Shown here one piece after another: positions 1-8,830 of a stretch of 64,000 bases of DNA. Source of the stretch: Parcubacteria group bacterium GW2011_GWA1_40_21. Lineage in GTDB: Bacteria; Patescibacteriota; Minisyncoccia; Phycocordibacterales; GWA1-40-21. The position numbers and the translations under genes were made by a program. Below the pieces are notes generated by a model. It did no database searches, was not told the DNA's origin, and saw only the letters and a list, made by a program, of their open reading frames with translations. Position 1 is the stretch's first letter. Every line of letters begins with the position of its first letter. Location: the NCBI GenBank assembly GCA_000996205.1, contig LBYO01000004.1, forward strand, positions 4,051 to 68,050, in the 5' to 3' direction.

Positions 1-981
1 GCGATCATTTGAGATAAGCCAGCCGTTAAGGTTGATTTCAAAAATTCCTTGATTCCATATTTCCACCGAATCGCCGGAAACATTTGAAATAACGACTGAC
101 GGATTCACCACTTTTACGCTTGTTCTGGAAACCGCGGAAACATCGGAGAGATACGCATTCAACACGACAGCATAATCTCCAGCAAATTTGTAAATATGCG
201 AAACTTTCTTGCCTTCCGCGGCGGAGCCGTCGCCGAAAGACCAGACGAACCTCACGCCCTGCCCTTCTGACTCTTTAGGAATCACGGCTTCCCCGCTAAA
301 GGCTATGGGAGCGCCGGAATAAGCGAGGCGGGCGCGGCCGGAGCTTGCCTCAAAGCGCGCGGAAGATTTTGAGGACGAGCTCAAATCTTCCGGACTGGAA
401 TGAGTGGAAATAAAAGATGGAGAAGTCTCAACACTTGCGATTTCTGAAGGAGGCGCGGACTGGGATTGGCCTGAAGAACTTTCGGAAGAAGATGATGAGC
501 TTCCGCCCGAACCGCCTGAATAATTTGAGTCAATAGTTATAATGTGAGGCGAAAGTTCTTGGATATATTTATATTCCGAGGACGCTTCATCTTTCATCTT
601 TACTTTGATCTTGTAATCACCATCGGACACTACCACCCCCCTGCTCATCTTTGTGTCGCTTGGCTTACCATACCACGGCTTTATAACTGAAGAAGTGTAG
701 GAATTACTTGTTGTTGTAAAAAATATCACACTGCTGTCATCGTCGTCGTTGCATTTGCTATCTGTGGTCTTGCATATGTAAATCCTGCTGAATTTTACCA
801 GAACATTGGTATTTATCTCGATATTCACAACATCGCCCCGCGAAGGATTGAGTTTAACACTTTCTTCTTTTCCGTTTAATTTGTAATTGACAACTTTCGG
901 CTCCAGCGTGGCGGAAGCCAATATTGAAAATGAAAATAAGGAGGCAAAAACCAAAGAAGCCCGGATTATTTTGAATTTCAT
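1..981 (-). CDS. secreted PKD-domain protein (partial; C-terminus beyond the window start)
   Basis: Minus-strand frame opens with ATG at 981 (MKFKIIRASLVFASLFSFSILASA, signal-peptide-like). A PKD-like motif 'HIYKFAGDYAVVLNAYLSDVSAV' and Ser-rich low-complexity stretches follow. The frame runs off the window edge, so it is absent from the ORF track. Confidence 0.5.
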   Translation of the reverse strand, partial: MKFKIIRASLVFASLFSFSILASATLEPKVVNYKLNGKEESVKLNPSRGDVVNIEINTNVLVKFSRIYICKTTDSKCNDDDDSSVIFFTTTSNSYTSSVIKPWYGKPSDTKMSRGVVVSDGDYKIKVKMKDEASSEYKYIQELSPHIITIDSNYSGGSGGSSSSSSESSSGQSQSAPPSEIASVETSPSFISTHSSPEDLSSSSKSSARFEASSGRARLAYSGAPIAFSGEAVIPKESEGQGVRFVWSFGDGSAAEGKKVSHIYKFAGDYAVVLNAYLSDVSAVSRTSVKVVNPSVVISNVSGDSVEIWNQGIFEINLNGWLISNDR

Positions 982-1035
982 TTTTTTATATTCTTAATCT
1001 TCCCTAAACAGCTACAAGCTAATAAGCTATCCTCT

Positions 1036-2016
1036 TCAATATCCATAAGTCAGCTCGTCAACGCTTTTCCCGTCGCCGTCATAAAGAGTAATCGTTTCTC
1101 TGTCTTTGCCCCATAATTCGCGCGGATAGTTTAAAAAAATTCTCCATTCTTTTCCGAAAAAGTTTTCATCCGACAAGTGATTCACGACGCAGGATTCGTA
1201 ACTGTAATTGCTCTTGAGGAAATTTTTGCACTGCTGGCTTAAATTTCCGACATCATCCACAAATCCGGCGAAAGGCTCTTTGTTTTTGTAAAACAAATCT
1301 TTAAATTCCGGAGTATGGCACGAGCCCATCCGCCTTACGAATTTATAGCAAGCATCGTCCAAAGACGACACGCCTTTTTCACTCTCCGGATTTGGGCAAT
1401 TCGTATTTATAGACGGAGTAAAATCATAATACTTCAAATTTTCAATGTAGCCGGAGCAAATATTTTCTTTAAAATTTGTTCTAATTTCAAAAGGTATGCC
1501 GTTCGCCACTTTGCCCGTCGTTATTACCGCTTTGTCTCCCGCTTTAAGAACAATGTCTTCCCGGGGATTGCCGCCGTTCGGAATGAAGATAAGAGTCCCT
1601 TCCGGAATCATGACTTTGTCAGACACGCCTCTCACTTGTTTGTCATTGCCGGTCAAAAATAATTTTTTGTCTTTGCCGTTCGTGAGCGACCAGCCGGTGA
1701 TGTTTATCGGCTCTTTGTTTCCGCTTCCGGCTTGAAGGGTGATGTATTCTTGATTGACGCGATCTTCCCCGGAAGCATTTCCTCTGCCTATTCTGACCAT
1801 CTCTTTCCATCTTGACTCGCCACTATCAACACTTGAACCAGTTTGCCCGCTTATCGCAGAAGATGGTTTTGAGATATCGGTTTTTTCGTCATTTGCCGTC
1901 TGCCCTCCTATTCCGCCTACTCCAAATTTGCCGGTAAGCCAAACCGCCAAGATTATAATCACAAACCATTTCAAATCCGCCATCGGATTGCCTTTTTTCT
2001 CTTCGTCTTTTGCCAT
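1036..2016 (-). CDS. membrane-anchored protein with a lamin-tail-like (LTD) domain
   Basis: 326-aa ORF with an N-terminal TM helix (WFVIIILAVWLTG). The segment 'YITLQAGSGNKEPINITGWSLTNGKDKK' resembles LTD domains common in CPR surface proteins. Confidence 0.55.
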   Translation of the reverse strand: MAKDEEKKGNPMADLKWFVIIILAVWLTGKFGVGGIGGQTANDEKTDISKPSSAISGQTGSSVDSGESRWKEMVRIGRGNASGEDRVNQEYITLQAGSGNKEPINITGWSLTNGKDKKLFLTGNDKQVRGVSDKVMIPEGTLIFIPNGGNPREDIVLKAGDKAVITTGKVANGIPFEIRTNFKENICSGYIENLKYYDFTPSINTNCPNPESEKGVSSLDDACYKFVRRMGSCHTPEFKDLFYKNKEPFAGFVDDVGNLSQQCKNFLKSNYSYESCVVNHLSDENFFGKEWRIFLNYPRELWGKDRETITLYDGDGKSVDELTYGY

Positions 2017-2149
2017 TTTTTTTAGTTTATAGGTGTTAGGTTTTAGGTATTAGGGGGCAGAGGATTTAATTTCTCTTTTCTGAAAACCTGCAACCTTGCC
2101 GCCTAACACCTGCAACCTAGTTATTATATCAGAAAATAATCTTTACTTT

Positions 2150-2251
2150 GAATTACGAAATGCAAAAATTTATGGTCTGGTTGAGCAAAAACATTTAGAA
2201 AACAAAGAGATTTTGCGACCCGAGGACCTAAATTTTTGCATTTCGTAATTC
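2150..2251. repeat. MITE-like palindromic element, copy A
   Basis: ~102 bp bounded by terminal inverted repeats gaattacgaaatgcaaaaattt ... aaatttttgcatttcgtaattc. Near-identical copies lie at 57885-57990 (inverted) and 59443-59549. Confidence 0.6.
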
Positions 2252-2340
2252 AAGAATCTTTAAGTATTTTTTACTTTGTAAATTTACGAACTTTCCACTC
2301 TTCCTCTGAAGGAGGATCCTCCACGGGCGGAACAACTTTT

Positions 2341-5300
2341 TTACGGGCAACCTCCTCCCGGCGCGCAGACGACGATATCAATATCATTATCATGGACGAC
2401 GCTGGCGGGAGTAGTCGCGGCGGAGTCCGCGGTCATAGCGACACCGATGGAATTGCCGGTTATCTCGCCGCCCTCAATCACGACAGGAATTTTAGGAGAA
2501 TCCGCCACAACTCCCGCCCCTTCGGCAAATCCGGTGATTGTTGTGTTTTTGATATTCGCCGTCCCGCTATAAATATCAATGCCGTTCGCTTCTCCGTTTT
2601 GAACCAGCAAGTTTGAGATTGTGGAAGTTGAATTGTAAAGACTTATGCCATTGTCTGAAACATTTTCTATCGTTGAACTCGCGATGACAAGCGTTGAGTT
2701 ATAAATAGCGATGCCGTCGCCGTCGTCTATGTTCTCAATCGTCGTTGATGATATTGTTACATTTGAATTATTAGCGGCGTAAATTCCGTCGCCTCCAGAA
2801 ATATTTTTAATGCTGGAATTCGCAATGACAAGAGTGGAATTGTAAATGCCGATACCGTCACTGTCGCCCGCGATATTGCTTACTGTGGTTGAAGAAATAT
2901 TTACCACTGAGCCGCTATAAGCGCCGATGCCGTCGCCGTCGCTTACACCGTTGATTGTCGTTGACGATATATTTATCACCGAACCGTCATAGGCGCCAAT
3001 CGCATCGTCTGTCAGATTTGCAAAATGCGCATTCTCAATGACAACTGAACTTCCGTCGTAGGCGTTAATACCGCCGTCGGTATTCGCAAAATCTGCATTG
3101 CGGATTTCCAACCGCGAATTACTGAGTCCGACATCTTTCGTATTCTCAAAACGAACATAATCAAGAGTGCTTGTCCCTGTCGCGCCGTCAAACCAAAAAC
3201 TTTCGGTCTGATTTCCCGAAAATGAATTGATGATAATCGGATTTTCGGCGGTCCCTCGCGCATCAATAATTCCATTTACATAAAATCCTCCGTTAGCGCG
3301 GTACGAAGAATTTTTATAAATTGAAATTGTGACTCCCGACTCAATAGTAAGCGTGCTTGAGGCGGAAATGGAAATTTCATTGGAAACGACAAAACCGCCA
3401 TCATCGGCTGTAAGCTTTAAGCTATCCGCGATGTCTTGTCCTTTGTTGATGAGAAAACTTACGCTGTTCTTCGCGCCGGGGGTGCCTCCGATCGGGTTGC
3501 TATTAGCATCGGCGCCGTTGGAAATAAAACCGAGGTTCGTTCCCCAGTTGAGAGAGTCAGCGCCGGATTCTTTTGACCCGTATCGTTCCATTGTTTTTCT
3601 GCTTGAACTGCTGGTATTATTTCCCGCCACCCACGCGCCGGTTGGAGTTTGGTCAAATATCGCGGATAAGTAAGAAAGAATCAGCTCTTCCCCGCCGTTC
3701 CCCAACGCCCACTCTGATGCGCCGTTGCCGTAAGCGACGGTGGTGGAATCGGCAATTATCGTATTTGCCCTCCGTTCAAGGATGAGATATTCTCGCGGCG
3801 CGATTGAGCCCTGAAGGGCGATTCGGGGAGCGCCATCTTTTGATTCAATCGCCCATTGCGACAGACTGATCGTATGTCCAGTGTTGTTTTTCAGCTCCAG
3901 CCATTCGTCGTAAGAGGAAGCGGCCGTCCCCATCCATGCGATTTCGTTGATGGCAATCGGAATCGTGGCGACTGAAATTGTTTTGGTGCTCGTCGCGCTT
4001 TTCCGGCCGCTTGCGCCGACCGCCGTGACATCAAATGTATAATCGGAAAAATCAGGAGCGGTTATGTCAATAAATGTTTCCGCGATTGTCGCATGCTCGT
4101 CGTTTTTGTTTATCGCATAGTAAGAAGCGCCGGCAACCGGCGCCCATTCAAAATGCATTGCCGTCGTGGCGAGAAGACAGCTGTCAGTCGCTAGAGAGTC
4201 GGCGCATTGAGGCGCGCTTAATGCCGGCGCGGATAATTCTTCGGGAGTGACGGATTCATTTTCTGTTTTTTTGATTTCAATTTTTTCAACCGCCACGAGC
4301 GGCGGCGACGAACCTACTCCGTAAATTCGCCGTCCCACAAAAACAAGTTTGACCGGCGAACTTTTTTCCGCCATTGCTTTAACCTCCGTCTTTGATACGA
4401 AGGAATTTCCCGCTGGATCGGCGGATGGAAACGGCAAAGACGGCGAGATGGCTGATTGCTTGTTTAAAGTGGAAACAGCAACGGCGACAATTTTATTTTT
4501 GGATGTTGCCGCGCCGGTCGGAATTGGAGGAGCCGGCAATCCTTGGTTCGCATTGTTTACCGCCGCGCCGCTTCTCCCAGCCAAATTTGCCGCCCCGCTC
4601 GTCAACGATTTGGCGGCGGCGGTTAGCGAAGAAGCGGTTGCGAGGGCGGTTTGAGCAACGGTTTTTGCCGCCGCCATTCCGGTGTTGTATGTCCAAACGA
4701 CCACTTTCGCGCTAGCTGTTCCAACGAGCGCGACCGCATCACTGCCCGCAGTCGCCGCAGGATCGGCGACAGCGAGAACCGCTCCTTCAATCTTGTGAGC
4801 GACAGTGAGTTCCGGCGGAGATATGCAAGACTTGTCTTCGCTTTGCGAAATATTTTCCGACAGACGGTCAAGTGAAGCCCGAATATCCGAAACGATTTCC
4901 GCGCCGCGGTATTTGAGATAAATATCTTTGAAATTATGCCCAGCGGGGTCATCGCCGTTTTGCAATTCAATATGGGTATTGGGCGGCATAATTTTTTTGA
5001 ACGGCGCGCGCCCGACTACGCCGGCAATGACCTTGTCCGTGTCGGAAGTGAGCCACTTCCCTCCTCCAGCCACGCGACCGGACGGAGTGGCAACGCTGTA
5101 GACGCCGATTGATTCCGTCGGAACGCCGCCTTGTTTTCCGGCCACGGTATCGTAAAAACTGTTGGCATAAAAATTGCCCTGTGAATGGGCAACAAGGAGA
5201 AGCTTTTGAGTTTTGACCTTTTCGCTGGCGGACTTCAGCATCTCTACAAGGTCGTAATCCTCCACCGTCTCATTATCAAAAATCTTCTGATAAACCGCCA

Positions 5301-5580
5301 TCAAAATGTCGCCCACCCCCGCGAGGTGCGAGGGGTTGTGAAGAAAATCAACGGTGATAGGTTGGCTATTGAAAGTGGGAGGTAATCTTTTCTTTAACTC
5401 ATCTTTGTTTTTCTTTGCATTAATCTCGTCAGTAAAAATCCCATTTATTGTAAAAATTGAGTAGCCGACAGGAGAACAAATTTGACTGTCTGATTGAGCA
5501 AAAATTGAAAACGGAAAAAGAAATATGAACGCAGTCAATATAATTTGATAGTTTTTAAAAAGATATTTCATAAAACTCAA
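2341..5580 (-). CDS. large secreted multidomain protein: lipase-like alpha/beta hydrolase + LTD + right-handed beta-helix repeats
   Basis: 1079 aa with a signal peptide (ILTAFIFLFPFSIFAQS). 'LLVAHSQGNFYA' is a GxSxG-type nucleophile elbow. 'INEIAWMGTAASSYDEWLELKNNTGHTISLSQWAI' is LTD-like. ~22-aa repeats (NxxFANxTDDAIGAYDGSxxxI...) are typical of parallel beta-helix (pectate-lyase-like) folds. Confidence 0.7.
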   Translation of the reverse strand: MSFMKYLFKNYQIILTAFIFLFPFSIFAQSDSQICSPVGYSIFTINGIFTDEINAKKNKDELKKRLPPTFNSQPITVDFLHNPSHLAGVGDILMAVYQKIFDNETVEDYDLVEMLKSASEKVKTQKLLLVAHSQGNFYANSFYDTVAGKQGGVPTESIGVYSVATPSGRVAGGGKWLTSDTDKVIAGVVGRAPFKKIMPPNTHIELQNGDDPAGHNFKDIYLKYRGAEIVSDIRASLDRLSENISQSEDKSCISPPELTVAHKIEGAVLAVADPAATAGSDAVALVGTASAKVVVWTYNTGMAAAKTVAQTALATASSLTAAAKSLTSGAANLAGRSGAAVNNANQGLPAPPIPTGAATSKNKIVAVAVSTLNKQSAISPSLPFPSADPAGNSFVSKTEVKAMAEKSSPVKLVFVGRRIYGVGSSPPLVAVEKIEIKKTENESVTPEELSAPALSAPQCADSLATDSCLLATTAMHFEWAPVAGASYYAINKNDEHATIAETFIDITAPDFSDYTFDVTAVGASGRKSATSTKTISVATIPIAINEIAWMGTAASSYDEWLELKNNTGHTISLSQWAIESKDGAPRIALQGSIAPREYLILERRANTIIADSTTVAYGNGASEWALGNGGEELILSYLSAIFDQTPTGAWVAGNNTSSSSRKTMERYGSKESGADSLNWGTNLGFISNGADANSNPIGGTPGAKNSVSFLINKGQDIADSLKLTADDGGFVVSNEISISASSTLTIESGVTISIYKNSSYRANGGFYVNGIIDARGTAENPIIINSFSGNQTESFWFDGATGTSTLDYVRFENTKDVGLSNSRLEIRNADFANTDGGINAYDGSSVVIENAHFANLTDDAIGAYDGSVINISSTTINGVSDGDGIGAYSGSVVNISSTTVSNIAGDSDGIGIYNSTLVIANSSIKNISGGDGIYAANNSNVTISSTTIENIDDGDGIAIYNSTLVIASSTIENVSDNGISLYNSTSTISNLLVQNGEANGIDIYSGTANIKNTTITGFAEGAGVVADSPKIPVVIEGGEITGNSIGVAMTADSAATTPASVVHDNDIDIVVCAPGGGCP

Positions 5581-6212
5581 TTGGTAATATTTGCATAATC
5601 TATGTCACAGGTTTTATTTGTTGATTCGCCATAACTACCCAAATTACCTTTATAAAAATCTTTATGCGCTTCTTTTCTTATTTCTATATTGAATTGTTTA
5701 TCTTCTAAAAAATTTATAAATATATCTATTTTTTCTATATCAGAATATTCCCTTGAAGATTCAGGAGTTTTTCTAGGCACAAGAGTATCTGCAAGACAAG
5801 TATCTGCTCTACTCTGCTCTGTTGCCACTTCAGTCACCGTCCCCCCATTCACCACCATCTGCACTGCCTCCATCTGCAACGCCAGCGCATACTGCAAAAG
5901 TACCGCCCGAGTTTTCGCGGAGTTTGGGTATTCTTTAAAAATAGCGAGCTCAACATCGTCGCGAATGCCGTTTTGATTGGCGTCAATTCCGGCGACGGTT
6001 TTGTCCGCCTCCGCTCCCGGGTCCGGTGGCAAGTTTTTCCCCATCACATCATCAAGAGAGAGCTTGGTCGCGTGAATTTTCTCCACCATCGCGGCGGTCT
6101 TTTTTAAATTGGCGAAGTGGAACATCCTCACGATAACTAAAATCACGAAAGCCACAAAAATAACAATAAAGAACCACACCGCCACCTTCCCCACTTTCTT
6201 TAAAAAGTTCAT
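5577..6212 (-). CDS. hypothetical membrane-anchored protein
   Basis: 211-aa ORF with an N-terminal TM (VAVWFFIVIFVAFVILVIV). It overlaps the upstream gene by 4 nt (ATGA), suggesting translational coupling. Confidence 0.5.
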   Translation of the reverse strand: MNFLKKVGKVAVWFFIVIFVAFVILVIVRMFHFANLKKTAAMVEKIHATKLSLDDVMGKNLPPDPGAEADKTVAGIDANQNGIRDDVELAIFKEYPNSAKTRAVLLQYALALQMEAVQMVVNGGTVTEVATEQSRADTCLADTLVPRKTPESSREYSDIEKIDIFINFLEDKQFNIEIRKEAHKDFYKGNLGSYGESTNKTCDIDYANITN

Positions 6213-6282
6213 AATTTAATTCATTTTATTATATCAACAAAACTCAAAACAACAACTCTCCCAAAAAGATACCGACAAACAT

Positions 6283-6311
6283 CCCACTTGGAAACTTAGT
6301 TTCCAAGTGGG
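6283..6311. terminator. 29-bp perfect palindrome cccacttggaaacttagtttccaagtggg (bidirectional terminator-like)
   Basis: The perfect palindrome overlaps the stop codon of the 6296..8029 gene. An identical 31-bp copy lies at 34830-34860. Confidence 0.5.
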
Positions 6312-8029
6312 GAGTATTCGGGCGAGATTTTGTATATTTTGAAGGCGTCTTCGCCGGCGAGATTTTTAATAATGTCGTAAGGAACTTTTAATCCGTCTAA
6401 TTTCTCGGCGAGATTTATGCCGATTGAAGATATTTCGCTGTTCGCTTTCCTTGTCGTGTCCAAAATATTTTCTTTTAAGGGATATATGTAATGAACATCT
6501 CTTTCGCTGATTTCTTGCAAGTCTTTAATTTTAAGAGCCGGACCACTCTGAGACAAATAACTTGTGGATATTACCGGTAGGCGATAATAATTCAGATATT
6601 TCTGAAAATACCAATATTGAGCGAACCAATTTATTCTGTCGTCAAAGATGATGACATTTCTGCCGGTGAAATCCTCGTTGCTGAAACTCAGATCAGCGAG
6701 ACTTCTTGGGGATTGCTTGCGGGGTAAATCAGTTATTAAATTTTTTCTTATATAATCCTCAAGCTGGTTGAATCCGTAGTTTTTTATTCTATATGAAGAG
6801 AACATTTTATTTTCCGCGCCGATAGGCTTGCGAAAAACATTGGTGTTGAAAGCGTAAAACATTTCAAAAATAAGCATAGCGGCAATCAATGAAATATAAG
6901 CGGGGACAAGTATTTTTTTAAGACGATTGCCTTCTGCCAGTTTATACCAGTCATAAAAAGCCAAACCCAAAGCGATGGAAGCGATTGGCGTAATAATTGA
7001 AACAAATCTCACTCCTGCGCCAAAAAAAGAAAACATCACAAAAAGGGAAGCGACATTGACCGCCAAATACAAATCAAATTTTGTATTTTTTCTTCGCGCG
7101 ATTTTCGCAGCCAGCCAAGCGAATGAAAATAAAACAGCCAGCGCGAAAGGATAGGAATTATTGGCAAAAATTGTTGAAATTGTTGAACGAAAATTTCCCC
7201 ATAAATTAAAATCTGCCTTTCTTCCGGAGATTGTGATGAAGTCGTCCGGATGCATACCGACTATTGAAGAAAGAGCCGCGTCAAAATGCCCTCTGGTTTT
7301 ATAAACATTCAGATTGTAAATAATGACAGGAGCCGCGATTGCGAAAAATATAATGACCGCCGCGATAATTTTTTTACAGCCGATTTTCCTGAATATTTTT
7401 TTATATTCCAATACTGCAAAAATAAACGGCGGAATCAAAAGAAACAACGAGGTGTATTTTGATATCAAAGAAAGCGCGAGAAATCCCGACCACAAATAAA
7501 GATATTTTGTCTTGTAATCATTTTGCAAGAAAAGGAAAAGGAAGAAAAAAGCGAGAACAATAAACACTTGCTGTATCCCCTCAAGATATCCGGCGAGCGC
7601 CGCCCAGACGGCGTATGAGTTTGCCAAGAAAGCCAGAGCCGCTAAAATGGCGATTCTGAGGTTAAATATTTTCTTTATAAAATAAAAAATTAGAAACGCC
7701 GAAGACAGACCGGCGAAGATAAACGGCAATCGCGCCGCGAGCAAGGAAGGACCGAGAAAAAAGAAAAAAATATGCTGAATAAAAAATACAAGCGGTGGAG
7801 CGTCGTGAAAAGATAGAATCGCCCATCCGGGAACGCGGCCAAACCAATCTATCGGCGTGCTCTGTCCGCCAAGCAGACGGTCAAACCATCCTAACGCCCT
7901 AAAGGAATTTAGGGCATTGTCGGAATAAATATCTCCGTAAAAAATCCCGCCAAACCAGAGATACAAGATGAGTAAGCCTAATAAGACGCCTAAAATGTAA
8001 GTTATTTTTTTATATTTTATATTCTTCAT
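6296..8029 (-). CDS. GT-C superfamily glycosyltransferase (ArnT/PMT-like) integral membrane protein
   Basis: 577 aa with >10 predicted TM helices. The architecture is an N-terminal multi-TM region with loops plus a C-terminal soluble domain, typical of dolichyl/undecaprenyl-phosphate sugar transferases. Confidence 0.55.
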   Translation of the reverse strand: MKNIKYKKITYILGVLLGLLILYLWFGGIFYGDIYSDNALNSFRALGWFDRLLGGQSTPIDWFGRVPGWAILSFHDAPPLVFFIQHIFFFFLGPSLLAARLPFIFAGLSSAFLIFYFIKKIFNLRIAILAALAFLANSYAVWAALAGYLEGIQQVFIVLAFFFLFLFLQNDYKTKYLYLWSGFLALSLISKYTSLFLLIPPFIFAVLEYKKIFRKIGCKKIIAAVIIFFAIAAPVIIYNLNVYKTRGHFDAALSSIVGMHPDDFITISGRKADFNLWGNFRSTISTIFANNSYPFALAVLFSFAWLAAKIARRKNTKFDLYLAVNVASLFVMFSFFGAGVRFVSIITPIASIALGLAFYDWYKLAEGNRLKKILVPAYISLIAAMLIFEMFYAFNTNVFRKPIGAENKMFSSYRIKNYGFNQLEDYIRKNLITDLPRKQSPRSLADLSFSNEDFTGRNVIIFDDRINWFAQYWYFQKYLNYYRLPVISTSYLSQSGPALKIKDLQEISERDVHYIYPLKENILDTTRKANSEISSIGINLAEKLDGLKVPYDIIKNLAGEDAFKIYKISPEYSPLGN

Positions 8030-8144
8030 ATATTCTTATTTATCCCCAGTCTAACATTGACACCTGCGACATATCTGATATCATACTATTACAAATGGCT
8101 TCGGCCCGACTCCGCCGCAAGGCGGAGGTAAAAAATGAAAAAAT

Positions 8145-8534
8145 TCAAGGCAAAAGCGCCTTGAATTTTTTCATTAATTCCCTAAAATCATCGTCTGACA
8201 AATTACCCAACTTATGACTTAAACGGCGAGCGTCCACTAACCGAATTTGAGATAAAATAGCCGCGCTTATAATTTTATCGCCAGAAACAAACTGAAAATA
8301 GTATTTGGATTTCTTTTGAGTGTGAGTAAGCGGAATTGCCCAGAAAATTTCATTGTTAAATTTTTTGAACACAATCACAGGACGCAAGAAATCTTTTCCT
8401 CCGCCATCTTGCTCAAAACCTATATTTGCGCCGAGCGCGCACCACCAAATTTCCCTGTCATGAAAAAATGGACGGCGACCAATATCATTTACCTCCGATT
8501 TTTTACTGTGCCAATTCTGAAAATCTTTTTTCAT
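8145..8534 (-). CDS. MazF/PemK-family mRNA interferase toxin (EndoA-like)
   Basis: 129 aa. 'REIWWCALGANIGFEQDGGGKDFLRPVIVF...AIPLTHTQKK...RLVDARRL...LSDDDFRELMKKF' aligns colinearly with Bacillus EndoA/MazF ([25 protein letters not shown]...). No antitoxin ORF is evident upstream. Confidence 0.6.
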   Translation of the reverse strand: MKKDFQNWHSKKSEVNDIGRRPFFHDREIWWCALGANIGFEQDGGGKDFLRPVIVFKKFNNEIFWAIPLTHTQKKSKYYFQFVSGDKIISAAILSQIRLVDARRLSHKLGNLSDDDFRELMKKFKALLP

Positions 8535-8697
8535 TGATTATTTATGCAATGTTTCCAATTTTCAATATAATATCACATCCTAATCGACAATAAAAATCAG
8601 AAAAAGTCGCTCTGACTCCCTGACTGCAAACCCCCTTCAGTCCCCCTTGTCATTGGGAAAACCGGAGTAGTTACTTGGCGGTTTCACCGCCAAGCGC

Positions 8698-8722
8698 TCT
8701 GTGGGTATCAGATACCCACAGA
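8698..8722. promoter_or_regulatory. 25-bp perfect palindrome tctgtgggtatcagatacccacaga (family F)
   Basis: Perfect inverted repeat. Related copies lie at 21415-21441 and inside the 60-bp palindrome at 38184-38243. Confidence 0.4.
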
Positions 8723-8735
8723 ATTTGGGCAACGC

Positions 8736-8766
8736 AAAAACCCCTCTCGAAAGAGAGGGGTTTTTG
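8736..8766. terminator. Rho-independent terminator (aaaaa-cccctctcGAAAgagagggg-ttttt)
   Basis: 8-bp GC-rich stem with a GAAA tetraloop flanked by an A-run and a T-run, immediately downstream of the 8831..10813 gene. Confidence 0.6.
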
Positions 8767-8830
8767 TTAACCATCTTCTTGGTTGAGCTTAGCTTTAGCT
8801 AAGCGAAACCGGAGAAGTCACAAGAGGTTA

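Noticed and set aside
1315-5385. Numerous 60-140-aa ORFs on the strand opposite the large genes (e.g. 1315..1662+, 2236..2616+, 3329..3673+, 4392..4715+)
   Set aside because: They lie wholly inside longer, motif-supported genes on the other strand and have low-complexity or Arg-rich compositions typical of shadow ORFs.
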